A stretch of 64,000 nt of DNA from Octopus vulgaris (lineage: Eukaryota). The notes beneath the pieces were generated by a model. The model saw only the letters and a program-made list of their open reading frames with translations. It ran no database searches and was not told where the DNA came from. Below, in pieces: positions 50,905 to 63,845 of this stretch. The DNA is taken from the NCBI GenBank assembly GCA_951406725.2, contig OX597823.1, forward strand, positions 49,538,001 through 49,602,000. Direction: 5' to 3'. A program made the position numbers and the translations under genes. Position 1 is the first letter of the stretch, and each line of letters begins with the position of its first letter.

Positions 50905-51172
50905 ATATCATGATCAACCAGACTACTGGCTGTTGCTACACATTGCTGATTGCAGTGCACTTTTGCATTGTTTTAACTTTTGAATGATGCCACCCCACTA
51001 GCTAGGCAAGTAGGCCGACATGCTCCCTGAACGAGATGCTAATCCATTGCAGTGTCACCAGTTTACGGCTGAGTGAACTGGAGCAATGTGAAATGAAGTG
51101 TTTTACTCTAGAACATAATGTGCCACCCCTGCTGGAACTGAACCCACAATCCAGCAGTCATTGCCACATGCC
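50905..51172 (-). mobile_element. SINE family C variant
   Basis: GGCTGAGTGAACTGGAGCAATGTGAAATGAAGTGTTTT as in 13425-13827, with a different 3' part. Confidence 0.65.
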
Positions 51173-51220
51173 TTCAAAGATTTATATATAATACATTATA
51201 TATATATAACATATATGATA

Positions 51221-51258
<38 letters not shown>

Positions 51259-52580
51259 CATATATAATACATTATATATAACATGTATAATACTTATGAT
51301 AAATATATTAACACCTTATGTTTCTGGGTTACCAGTAGGGCATGAAATAGATATAAATCTTTGTGACATCTAAATGCTAATATAATTTTTTCTTAAACAG
51401 TAGAATTGTTTCTTATTGAAATTTTCAGAAACAAATGAAAACTTCTCTGTACTTTTGTAAAACGTGATACAATGATGCCATAATGAATATATCTCATAGC
51501 TAAGACAGACTGTTATGTTTTGCTATCACTTAATATTGTTGTTGTTAGTGTTGATGTTCCTAATACTGCTGAAACCTTAAATATTATATAGTTTACTCTT
51601 CAATTTGTAATTACTCTTAAATATGATAATTACTTTGAATGCAATTTGTTATTTGTAATTACTCTAATAAAAAATATTGTCAAATGTTATATCCCTATAT
51701 TAAATCTTTTTTCCTTTTTTGACAAGTTTGATTTGGTAAATTTCGAATTTTTTTTTTACTCCTCTACTGAATTTTTGCTGTCATTCTCACTGTGTATTAA
51801 ATTTAAACATGTATGGTAATTAAATGATAAATCAGGATAATGAACACTAACTCTGTGTGTATGTGTGTGTGTGTGTTTCAGTTGTCTTAGGAATTCAAAG
51901 ATAATATCAATGAAAAAGTCCACTTATGATTCATCTTTTACTTATTTTCTTTCTTTCTTCCCACATTTCATAATATTTGTGAAATAGAATTTAGATATTG
52001 CACACCTGACTCTGAATATGTCTTATGAAATATTTGTAAACAAACCTAGCCTGAACTGTTGTCAGCTAATATCTGACTCTCTCTACCTTTTGCATAATGT
52101 TGAACTTCTGCTAGTTTTTTTTTTAGTTTTTTTTTTTATTACATTATTTCGATTCACATTGAGTTTTTGGGGGGTTTTTTTTAACATCTGAAGAAATTTA
52201 TGAATAGAAAACATTAAATATCATATAGTTTAATGAACCAAATTCTATACCCTGCTTGATGGGAATATTATTTCAGAATTTTTTTCTTTTTTTTTTTTCT
52301 CTCCTATAGATTCTTCAATAATTTTCTTTTTTTCAAGACAGGTTTTTCTGGATTTTTTTTTTTTCACAATATATTTATCTTGTGATGAAAACATCTTAAA
52401 TTGTAAATGCTAACTTGTATATACATATATGTCATATGCATATATTTTAATTTTATATATCCACGTGTCTACATAGAGTTACATGTGATAAGGACTAACT
52501 GTATTAAGCAGTTAAAAGATTTTTCTACATACATTAGTTCCATATATTTTTTCTGCTCTTAGTTTATTTTTCAGATACTA

Positions 52581-52615
<35 letters not shown>

Positions 52616-55091
52616 TGCTTTTAGTGATGCTACATTTATCATTGTGGGTTAATTTATCCCAGCCAATTTATAGAAGGGTTTGACAGCTGTGAGATTGTGA
52701 TACCAGGAATAGGGCAAAAATTAAAGGCCCTTTTATCTGGACAGTAAATACATACATTCTAATATTAAACAAACTGAGTTTCTCATTGTAACCAAGCTTT
52801 TTTTTTTCTTCAATTTGTTTTATTCACTTTTTTTTTTTTTTTAGTTTTAAATTATCATCAGTTATTCCAGAGTTTGCATAAAGCTATCAAAGTATCAGTC
52901 ACTGAAGTAGGAAATCATTATTATTATAAAAGCCTTGCCTGAGATGAGCATCTATGCTGGTTGATGTTCTTCCTTGTGTACGGGTTTCAATTTTTTTTTT
53001 TTTTTTTACCCAGTTGGAGGCCTTGAAATAGGGGAGGTAACCACATTCCATACTGATCTTGTGTGTTTGTCTCCCTTCAACTGAAAATTTGTGGCACAAA
53101 TGCAAGGACTGTTGGGGTGGGGGATATTTATGTTTTTTCTCTTTTTTTTTTTAAAAAAAATTCCTCTCTTACTAATTTCTTATATTTTCTAATCTAAAAA
53201 AAAGTAACACAAACAGCTCAAAGCTGACATAGGCAGGACCTTTTCATCTTTACAGAAAGACTAGATTTTAAAATAAGATTTTAGCAAAAGGGATATTTTC
53301 ATATAGGCATTTCAAAAATCAGATCACAGCTGAAGTAAGAACAGTACCATGGCTTTTTGTTAAACCAATTATTTTTATTTCAAACTTGCATTTGCGCTTG
53401 GCAAGAAAATTATATTGAAGATGTATAAAATAAAAGAAGCTGAGATATCTTTTTTCAAAAAAAAAAATTATATATATAAAGAAATGAAAAAAAAGTCTTA
53501 ACTGTGACCATTTTTTTTTGTGTGTTGGAAACTGGAATGACCAAAATCCAGAATATTACAAAAATATTTGAGAAAAGTTTTAGAGAAATTGATGTTTAAA
53601 CCTTGTGACTCCAACCCAGAAACATTCATAATGTTATGATTGTAATTATTTTTATTTTTTATTCTGTGATATTGTTATTTTTTTTTTTTTCCTTTTTTTT
53701 TTTTCTAAACATTGTATCTAACTGTTCACTTATAACAGTTTCTGCAACTTGTCATTGCTGCAACTTCTACTACTACTACTACTACAACTACTACTACTTC
53801 TACTACTACTACTACTACTATTATTAATAATAATATTATTATCATTATTATTTTCAATGACTTTATTATGATTATTATTCTTACTAATATCATCACCCGT
53901 CTTCACAGTCATTATTATCACCCATCATGTATCCATCATTAATCATTGATCTAATTATTTGTTCAATGTTGCCATTCACGTGGGATTGGGAAAGAGGATT
54001 TATATTGCTGTTGGTTTTGTGATCCTGATTGAACTTGAAGCTATTTAAATTGTATAGAGTTGAGTCACATCAACATGTTTAGATTTTGAAACCCATTTTT
54101 GCTATTGTGACACAAATTTTTCCTTCTGCAAATGTGTGTGTCTGTGTGTGTGTGTGCACGTGTGTGTGTATGTGCGTTTGTGTGGTGGGGGTAAACAGTT
54201 TGTTTATCCCCGCCACCAATTATAAGTTAACTTTTCCTTTATAACTTTATTACATCTGAATTCTACTTGACAAGAAAACAGCATCTGATAAATTTAGTGT
54301 TTTGGAAGGATCACTACACCAATAGTAATAATGATAATAATGATAATTGAAGAGAGAGGGCAATTCACTGAGACGGTTGACTAACAAGCAACCAATTGAT
54401 TGTTTAACCAGGACATTAAACAAACAATCGATTAGTTAGCTGGTTAGATATTTAACTAATCGATTAACAATAAATTGTTATTGAACCAGTGCATGTGTTA
54501 TTATTGGTGTAGTGGCCCTCCCAAAGCACAAGATTTGTTGCAACACAAATTCACATCAAGAATCTTGCAAACCAAATACAAAAACTATTTCCTCTTAAAT
54601 TTGCTTTTTTTTTAGGAGGTGGGGGTAACTATTTTTCACTTTTTTTTTTTTCTGCAAACTTCCTTAAAAACCCTCTAACTTAACCGTGATCTAATTAACC
54701 CTTTCATTTCAAATCAAACTTATTTCAGATTGTTTCAGTCACTATTTTTTTTTGTTTTTTTTTTGTCTTCACCAAATCTATTTATAAAATGCAAGATAAA
54801 GGGAAAAAAAAAGTGTCACTTAGTGATTAGTACATTTTTGGAATGTGAATGCTTGTTGGTCATTCTTGTTCATTTGGGGGATCACAACTGTTTCTGAGTC
54901 TATCTGAAATAAGATACATGTCAAAGAATAATTGGAAAATAAATGTAAAATAAATCAGTTGTATGTGTTGGCTTTATCATTGATGTTAATTATTGATAAT
55001 ATTTTTCTTCAGGGTTTTTATTTTAAAAAATCAGGTTTTTTAACCCTTTTGATACCAACCCTTCTGAAACTGCTCCTAGTTCCATTTTGTT

Positions 55092-55313
55092 TTAACCCTT
55101 TTATTACTGTATTTATTTTGAGATGCTTTGTGTGTCTTTTACTTACTTTAAATATAACAAAGAATTTAATAAAATAACTTAGTTATCATTCAGCTAGTGT
55201 TAGGAACATAAATTGTGATTTGGTGGAAGATTTTAATTCAAAACGTTTGAAAACAAAACATTTGTACTCAGAGCCAGAGCAAGTTTCAGCCGGGTTGGTA
55301 TCGAAAGGTTTAA
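55092..55313 (-). mobile_element. MITE-2 (inner copy, inverted, at a TTAA)
   Basis: The reverse complement of its right end, TTAAACCTTTCGATACCAACCCGGCTGAAA, matches the outer start TTAACCCTTTTGATACCAACCCTTCTGAAA. Confidence 0.75.
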
Positions 55314-55387
55314 AGTGTTTTGAATTAAAACCTACCATTAAAATTTTATGTTAATATATGTTCCAAACACCAGCTTCAATAACAATT

Positions 55388-55729
55388 TTCCTCCTCTCCT
55401 TAGAAATAAGAAAAAACAATAACATTTAAATGAAACCAAAAGAAAAAGGAGAAAAAAAAGAAAGCTACAAAGTTTTAATATTCCTTCAGTTTCCTGTAAT
55501 TCAAACTTTCTCTTGGTCCCAGCAGACAAAATGGAAAAGGCGTTGCCCTGGAAAATGGCAAGGAACATGTGCTGGAACAGCCACTCTGACTCACGGGGCT
55601 TGCATTTGCAGATAGACATCTCCACCCTGATAGTGATGAATGTGGATATGATTCGGGGTGGCTGAGAACACAGGTGGTCTCCTCTGCCACAGGCTCGACC
55701 ATAAACCTGTCAGAGGGTGACCAATACTT
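55388..55729 (-). mobile_element. 5'-truncated CRE-like non-LTR retrotransposon 3' end with 10-bp TSD
   Basis: Minus-strand peptides SDRFMVEPVAEETTCVL and PRESEWLFQHMFLAIFQGNAFSILSAG match the CRE-clade C-terminus pattern (FxPxAVETxG..QRLSxAIQRGNA). AATAACAATT is duplicated at 55378-55387 and 55730-55739. Confidence 0.75.
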
Positions 55730-56622
55730 AATAACAATTATTTGACTACATTCATCATTGTGTTTTAAATTACTTGAAACAAAGGCAGTGTATATACCAT
55801 GAGAAATTATGGTAGCAAAAGGGTTAGAATTCTCTTGTACTCTTCTTAAAACAAAGCAAATTGTTTTTATGTTTTTAGTTTGAAAATGTTTATTGTTGCT
55901 CTAAATTATTTTATACCCAAACTCCTTGTTAATGACACTAAAGTCATTATGTCATTATTTCTACAGCAATTAAAGAGGTGTATAAAGGAACTGAAAGATT
56001 TGAAAACTTTAAATTATCAAAAATGTTGATGATAGGTTGAACAGACTAAGTAACTTTATATAATTTATTTAAGTAGTCTTCGGAGGTGGTTTTAATACTG
56101 CTGTGTCTGTTTTGATAACCCAAAGAAGAGATTATAACACCAGTATTTTAGAACATGACTATTTCTTCATTAGACATTCAAGAAAACATTATGTCAGTGA
56201 GATAATTACTTTGGTCTGGTTACAAAAGACTTTAATGTTTTTGATACCAATTCTGTTAAGAGATCTCTGATTTAGATTATGGGAAACTTAATTTCTAAGT
56301 GTTTATATTAAAGTAAAACCTTCTATCATAATTTTAAATAAGGTCTCTTTTTGTTATGTTCCAAATTCCAACTGTCGTTTTAACAGTGAAATAAGTTTTA
56401 TTATTTTACTAAATGGGTCCAAATTTTCACTATTAAAAGGAACACACAAACAATGAATATTATTGGAAAGATAGTGTTGTGTGGACCCCCTCAGACGATG
56501 AAGTAGGCTAGCCCAATACGTAGATATAGAAGGAGAAGTCTAGACGTCGGGAGTTGAGTAGAGGTCATCGGAACATGCGATATAACAGTTAGCGAAGTAG
56601 GGTTAATATTATGACAGAAATG

Positions 56623-57190
56623 AAGGCTGTGAACTGGTGAAATGCTTAGTGATATTTCATCTGTCTTTACATACTGAGTTCAAATTCCGCCGAGGTCGGG
56701 GTGAAAACCTCTTCTTCAGGACATTCGATAAATTAAGTACCAGTTGCATACTGGGGTCGATCTAATCAACTGGCCCCTTCCCCAAAAATTTCAGGCCTTG
56801 TGCCTAGAGTAGAAAAGAATATTATGGCAGAAATGAAGGCAATGAGCTGGCAGGATTGTTAGCACACCGTACAAAATGCTTAGAAACATTTCGTCCATAT
56901 TCACAGGTTGATAAAATAGGTAGTAGTTGAGTACTGGGATCGATGTAATTGACTTATACCCTTCCCCGAACTATCTGGCCTTGAGCCAAAATTTGAAACC
57001 AACATTAAGACGAATGAAGGTGGAGAACTGGCAAAATGCTTAGCAGCCTTTTGTCTCTCTTTACATTCTGAGTTCAAATCTTGTCGAGGTTGAGTTTGCC
57101 TTTCATCCTTTTGGAGTGTTAATAAAATAAGTACCCATAGAACACTGGGACCAATGAAATCGATGGTCTTGTGCCAAAACTTGAACCATT
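56623..57190 (+). mobile_element. three head-to-tail SINE family B copies
   Basis: Each copy has the family B head and a GGCCTTG.GCC-type tail, separated by a repeated ~20-bp flank. Confidence 0.8.
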
Positions 57191-57617
57191 ATTATAACAA
57201 ATGAATTAACCATCAGTTAACTACCCTGCTAGGATGATAGTTAACTCTTCTGCTCTTCTCTCTAGTAGCTCCAAATACCAACTCTTCTCTGCAAGCAACT
57301 GACACACTGACTACTTTGTACATATTTAATATACATGTAATTATATTTGTAAGTATTTATAACAAGCCAAGCCTCATGAGTGAAACTGAGCTGACAGAAA
57401 TTGTGCAGAAGTCAGTCAGATGGATTGTACTGCTAATTAAAAAGTCCAAGTTTATTATATCATGTCAGTGATTTAGCGTGAGAATTTACAGTAAGAGTAC
57501 ACATATCTATGGAGTATTCAGTCTCTTACTCTCTAATGGTCACAGAACTAAGATCCATTCTTCACTGACCGAATCATTAGTATGCTTAGCAATATTTCTT
57601 CCATGTTAATGTTTTAC

Positions 57618-58004
57618 AGCACAGGTATGGCTGTGTGGTAAGAAGCTTGCTTTCCAACCAAATGGTTCCGAGTTCAGTCCCACTGCATGACAGCTTGGGC
57701 TAGTGTCTTTTACTATAAGCTTCAGGCTGACTAAAGCCTTGTAATTGGATTTGGTAGACAGAAAGTGAAAGAAGACTGTTATTTGTTTGTATGTATGTAC
57801 TTGTGTCTGTGTTTGTCCTCCCACCATTGCTTGGTAACCAATGCTGATGTGTTTATGTTCCCGTAACTCCGCAGTTTGGCAAAAGAGACCAATAGACTAA
57901 GTACTAGGCTCACAAAGAATAAGTCTTGGGGGTTGATTTCTTTGGGGTGGTGCTCCAGCATAGCCACAGTCAAATGACTGAAACAAGTAAAAGAATAAAA
58001 GAAT
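57618..58004 (+). mobile_element. SINE family A
   Basis: Collinear with 48236-48623. Confidence 0.85.
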
Positions 58005-58195
58005 GCCAGCTAAAATACTTGGTGTCATTTTGTCTGTCTTTACATTTCGAGTTCAAATTCCACCAAGATCGACTTTCATCCTTTCAAGATCGATAAACTA
58101 AGTATAAGTACCAATGAAGTAGTGAGGTCAATGAAATTGACTATCCCCCTCCCCCAAATTTCAGGCCTTGTTCCTATAGAAGAAAGGGCTATTAT
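58005..58195 (+). mobile_element. SINE family B, 5'-interrupted
   Basis: GAGTTCAAATTCCACCAAGATCGACTTTCATCCTTTC..TTTCAGGCCTTGTTCCTATAG. Confidence 0.75.
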
Positions 58196-58282
58196 ATCTC
58201 TAAATTACTCAATGCCAGAACCTTCCTTTATTTAGACGCCATGAAAGTACCTTAAATGATTTTGTTACAGGTTTATTATAGT

Positions 58283-58498
58283 AGAGGTGCATGGCTTAGT
58301 GTTTGCACCCCTGATCATAAATTTGTAGTTTCAATTCCTGGACAGGTGATGCATTGTGTTCTTGTGCAAAACACTTCGTTTCCACTCAGCTGGCAAAGGG
58401 AGTAAATCTGCAGTAGACTGTTGTGTCCAGTGGGGAAATATATACACCACAGAATCTGGAAAACTGGTCTTATGAGCCTATGGCTCAAGAAGAACCTT
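58283..58498 (+). mobile_element. SINE family C variant
   Basis: GGTGCATGGCTTAGTG..TTCAATTCCTGGAC..TTGTGTTCTTGTGCAAAACACTT..CCACTCAGCTG. Confidence 0.7.
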
Positions 58499-58569
58499 TG
58501 ATCCCATTTTCTACAGGTTTAAAATACCTTGGTGATTTCTTCCTGGACCCTATGGAAATTGAAACAAGA

Positions 58570-59655
58570 TCATCATCATCATTTAATATCCGTTTTCCAT
58601 GCTAGCATGGGTTAGAAGGTATGACTGGAGCTAGTGAGCTGGAGAGCTCTACTAGGCTCCAGGTTGGCAAGGTTTCTATGGCTGGATGCCATTCCTAACA
58701 CCAACCACTTAACAAAGTGTAATAGGTCCCTTCTACATGACACTGGCACGGGTGCCTTTTTTCATGTAACCAGCATGGGTATCTTTTAAAGGTCACTGGC
58801 ACGGGTGTCTGTTACATAGCACCAGCACAGGTGCCTAGTAACTTGCAAATCAAAGGCCTCGTAGTTGAGAGTGGAAGTGGAACTGAGAGAAGAGGGTGTG
58901 TGCCTCACAAAAGGTGAGAGTATGATAGAGGGACAGGGATAGTTGTCATTATAGAGGAGTTATTTGGTACGCCAGTAGGACAAGGAAGGAGAAAAGAGTT
59001 GGGAAAGAATTAAGGGGACAGAGCGAGAAAGAAAAATAGATGATGCGGGGGATGTATTGGGTCTGCCCACAGGGGACAGTTGGAGATGGGGTATAAGTAG
59101 TGCAAAAGAGATAGAGAGGACTGTTCCATTAGAGTAAGAGGGAATATGCTTTGGGATGGGAAAGACATGACTGTAGCAAGTGATGGTGGGGAAAATTGGG
59201 GCAGCTGGGAAGTGGGTAGGGAAAATATGTGAGGGCATGAGGCGTTTGCGGAAAGACGCATAAGAGAGTGGAGGGGGGCTTGCAGCGGCTGAGATACATG
59301 AAGGAAAGGGTCTACCTGGAATGTGTAGTGGGGGAGGGGCATGAAGCATGACTGAAAAAGGTGTCTTCTCGAGCAGAGCAAATCACCAGATGTCTCAGTC
59401 ATTTGTTGTCTCCTCTGTAAGACTCAACAACCAAAGATGATATTTCATCACTTCATCCTATGTCTACCTGAGTCAACTCCTTCCATGGCTTCTGTCCACA
59501 ATTAAAGATCGGCGCTTCTTTATGCAGCTTCCTCATCCATACACATCATGTGACCAAACCAGTGCAGTCTCCTCTTTTGCATACTACATAAGATGCCTTT
59601 TCTGCCTAATTTTTATCTTAAAACACTTACACACTGTTGCACATGCACACTGATA
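58570..59655 (-). mobile_element. 5'-truncated RTE-clade LINE (ORF C-terminus, 3' UTR, (GAT)n tail)
   Basis: Minus strand 59360-59650 reads ..MQKRRLHWFGHMMCMDE..CIKKRRSLIVD..DEVMK..LTEETTND*DIW*FALLEKT (RTE C-terminal RRLRWxGH motif). A pyrimidine-rich 3' UTR, short tandem units and the tail ..AACCCATGCTAGCATGGAAAACGGATATTAAATGATGATG follow. Confidence 0.8.
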
Positions 59656-61169
59656 TACTGAATATTCTGTTTCCTGTGTGTTAACATACTTTCACTAATG
59701 TGTAGTGTGTGTGTGTGTGCATGTGCATTCTGCTAAGGGCTGTTCACCTTCTAAACTAAGTAGAAAGACGACCACTGGAATATCTATCATTAAATTACCA
59801 CTGGAAAGTCAGAAGACTATTGAGATAAAAAAAAAAGCTGAAATCTCTACAACCAGATGTTATAGGAGGAATATTAAAATCATTTCTGAGACTGGGAATT
59901 GATACACAACTTGTTTCACTTGTAAGGAATCAGGCTATATATGGAAAGAAGAAATTTATCTGAAAAAGCTGATGGGAAAAATAATATGAAAAAAAAGCAA
60001 AAACAAACCCAGAAAACGAAAATGTTATTGCAATGTTAAATACAGGCTGGCCATATGTTAACATTCTAGCTAATGATAAACTACACAGAAATCACTCAAA
60101 TATTGATTCATTTTTCACCTTGATTATTTTACAGTATTGTTATTTTATTCGCTTCTCTCAATTGAACACAAAATTCACCTATCTTCAGTGGTTTCAAATT
60201 ATATGATCAGTTAAATTATATTTCATAGCATACTATTTATTTCAAGGTCTTTTAATCCAACAAATTTCTTCCTTTTTTTTATATAGGAATTTATTTTTAT
60301 TTTCATAATTTAAAAAAAAAATTTTTAGTGCATGTTATGTAGATATTGAAAATTTAAATAAAAAAAAAAGAAAAGAAAAAACTCTTACCGTGTACACTGA
60401 GTATCATTATCGATTATAGTTATTGAAAGCAGTGATTAACATTTTGCAATCTTCACTAATCAGTCAATATTAGGTGATTTGTTTTTGTTTTTTAATTTTT
60501 TTTAAATATTTTTCAAAAAGGAGAAAATACAATATTTCTATTACAAGGTTGTCAGTGCAAATATAACTTCATTGAATTACTGTCAATGACTTGCTTTGTT
60601 TCAATACAGATCTCATCTTGCTAGGATTACTTAATTCTTACATACCTTACCCAAGGTAAGCTTACATGTCTAGTGTTGTGATGGGATTGATTGATTCCTA
60701 AATATGTTGATTTCTGTTTAAAATCCTGTTACGTGATATCTGTGTTGTCTGTTGAACATTTTTTAACAGCTCGGTTGTTCTTGCTTTTCTTAGTAAAATC
60801 AATAACTGTAAGTCAGCTCCTCTTTCAAATATCTGCTTCTCAGGTTCAAACTGACTATATCAATTTGAAAAATAATTCCTATGCTAAGTCAACAGAAGCT
60901 GATTTAATCTCATTTTACATTTAAACATGAACCAACAAACTCAGAATGATAAATCACTTGTCATTGATGCTTTATTTAGAGTCTAAGTTAAAACCTTACT
61001 TGAACTGATTTGAACTACTTTCCCTTTCATGCAAATATTTTCTTCTTTTTTTTTTTCTTAAAAATTGAAATATAATTTACTTAAATATAAAGCAAACAAG
61101 TTTTATTCTTCTATAAGCAAATTATGCACTAACCTTATGAATTTGTTTCAATTAAGTTTGATCCATTTC

Positions 61170-61564
61170 ATCTTTATTTTTTATTTGCTTCAGTCATTAG
61201 ACTGCGGCCATGCTGGGGCACCGCCTTGAAGAATTTTCAGTTGAATAAATTAACCCCAGTACTTAATTTTTTTTTTCTATAAGCCTGGTACTTATTATAT
61301 CAGTTTCTTTTGCTGAACTGCAATCACACTAACATTGGTTGTCAAGTGGGGTGGCAGGAGCAAGCTCAGACTCAAAGATACAAATGCACACACATATTCA
61401 CACATACAATGGACTTCTTTCAGTTTCCATTTACCACTCACAAGGCTTTGGTCAGTGCAAGGCTATAGTAGAAGACATTTGCCCAAAGTATCATGCAATA
61501 GGACTGAACCCAGAATCAGGTGGTTGGGAAGCAAACTTCTTACCACACAGCTAACCCTGCACCT
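61170..61564 (-). mobile_element. SINE family A
   Basis: Reverse-complement match to the family A head and tail. Confidence 0.85.
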
Positions 61565-62267
61565 ATAATTTGTTCACTTTATACAGAAATTTTTTATTAA
61601 AAACTCAAATTGCTTTTGTATTGGAAACTTTCAACTGGCAATATATATGTAGAATAATGGGTGTTTCTTGTTATGCATGTTGCATAATTAATAAATAGCA
61701 ATGCTTTATGTTTCAAAGAATTGTTTTCAGTTGCCAAAATCTGAATGTAGAATTTGTCTTTACCCTCTGGAAGTAGTGAAACAGGTAGAATATATACCAA
61801 CTAGCAGGCATATATTAATTAAAGAAATATTTAACAGAAATATATTCAGCCAATGCTGTTTGTTTTGCTAGCAGCTACAGCCATAAGAAATAGCTAACCA
61901 TACTGCTGTGTGGTACTTCAGGCTAGAAAAGTTAATATGAAATTTCTGTTGAAGTTGATTAGGTAGGTCTTCCTGTGTGTCATATTAACACATTTTTCTG
62001 ACATAAATTCCAATTGACAAGAGTTTATTTTAATTCACCTAATACAGTTTCTTCAGGCTTTGTCAACATGTTGTGTATTTTTAAGAGATTCTTTTGCAAA
62101 ACTTTATAAACAATAAATCTGAAGATTTGTGGAAAGTCAATCATCCTTATTTAGCTGTTTTAAAAAAAGGTTTGATGCACTTTTAAAAGAAAAACAGTGT
62201 TATAATAAGCACTGTATAGATCTAAGACTTAGGGTGCTAAAACTACTGATAATACAGGCATAAGTTC

Positions 62268-62480
62268 AGGTGGCAAGCTGGCAGAATCATTAGCATGCTG
62301 GGCAAAATGCTTAGCAGCTTTTCATATCTTTATGTTCGGAGTTCAAATTCCATCAAGGTTGATTTTGCATTTCATCTCTTCAGAATTGATGAAATAAGTA
62401 CCATTTAAGGACAAGAGTCAATGTAGTCAACTTACCTGCTCCCTAGGAATTTGCTGGCCTTGTGCCAAATATTTAAAACC
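62268..62480 (+). mobile_element. SINE family B
   Basis: GGTGGCAAGCTGGCAGAATCATTAGCATGCTGGGCAAAATGCTTAG..GAGTTCAAATTCC. Confidence 0.8.
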
Positions 62481-62837
62481 AAAGAAATGCAGGTTCTACT
62501 CATTCAAAATTGAGAAATTAGCCAAAGAAGGGAATCTATCTGCAAAACTAAAATTGTTCCAAACAAACCACTTTTCTCACACAAGAATAAAAAAATGGCA
62601 ATAAAACTATTTTCCCCTTTATTGCAGAGCAAATTTGGAATTGTTGTAAAGTTCTCTTTGTTCATTTATAAAGTTATTATCTGAGCACAATATTGTTATT
62701 CATCGTTCATTATAACAAGAACCTCTGAGTTAAATGGTTAAAACCTTTCTAGTACAGTCATCAGTGTAAATATAACATTATTCCTTGAATTTACAACCTA
62801 CTCGTATGAACTGTTTTGTTTTAAAATAGATCCTGTC

Positions 62838-63042
62838 AAAGGCAGTGAGCTGGCTGAATCATTAACACACCGAGAAAAATACTTAGCAGCATTTTGTCTG
62901 TTTTTATGTCCTGAGTTCAAATTCTTTGCTTTTTATCCTTTTAGGGGCTGATAAAGTAAGTACCTGTTGAGCACTGGGATTGATATAATCAACTTATTCA
63001 ACTTCCACAAAATTTCAGGCCAGTTCCTATAGTAGAAAGTAA
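62838..63042 (+). mobile_element. SINE family B
   Basis: GGCAGTGAGCTGGCTGAATCATTAAC..GAGTTCAAATTC. Confidence 0.8.
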
Positions 63043-63104
63043 TATAGTTTCTGTCCTGATAGAATTGCTTAATTATTACATTACCTTATGGTGATATAAG
63101 AATG

Positions 63105-63400
63105 CCTGTTTCAGTCATTTGCTGGCAGCCAGGTTGGGTCACCACCTTTGAGAGTTCAGTTGATCACACTGACCCCAGTTCTTATTAGAGTGTCACAACT
63201 ATTTTATCAAACAGTTAAGCACACACCCACACACACACACACACACACACATACAAACAAACCCCATACATACACACACACACACAATAGGTTTCTGAAG
63301 TGTTTCCAGCTACCAAATTCTTCTCACAAAGCATCAATCTACACAAGAATACAGTAAAAGCAGTTACCCCAATACAGTTGTGAACCAAAATTTATAACAT
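63105..63400 (-). mobile_element. very decayed SINE family A
   Basis: TGTTTCAGTCATTTG..(CA)n..TTTCCAGCTACCAAATTC..CTCACAAAGC. Confidence 0.5.
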
Positions 63401-63845
63401 CTCAGTCATTTGTGCACATACATCATATACTAGTGTCTGCCATCAAGGAATTTTTTTTGTCATAATAAATTTTACATCAGAATATTATAAAAGAACGATA
63501 TATCAGAAGTATGCAGCATTATTCTACACACCATAAAGTATCTTTGACCAGTAGACATTCTGTGTACATATGTCATCACCAAACTAAAGCAGCAGTCATA
63601 TTTACTACCACCACCACCACCACCACCATTGCAATAACTACAGGAATCACATACCAAAAACACATCTACAACACCACACTATACTTACTACATTCACCTT
63701 TCCAAGATATATAAAGAAAAAAATTAAAATGGATCTTAATCAGAATTTCCAACAGTGAGTTTCAGTTGTTTGATGAGCTGAACTACCTACTCATCGAATT
63801 AGCATGATAGTGGCTGAGTACTCCACAGATATGTGTACTCTAAAC

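Larger units (their letters stand above)
55040..55827 (+). mobile_element. TTAA-flanked MITE-2 (outer copy) carrying two nested insertions
   Basis: Termini TTAACCCTTTTGATACCA ... TGGTAGCAAAAGGGTTAG. Confidence 0.7.

Noticed and set aside
58960-59402. Two ~130-aa Pro/Ser-rich minus-strand ORFs
   Set aside because: They lie in the pyrimidine-rich 3' UTR of the RTE LINE and show no domain signal.
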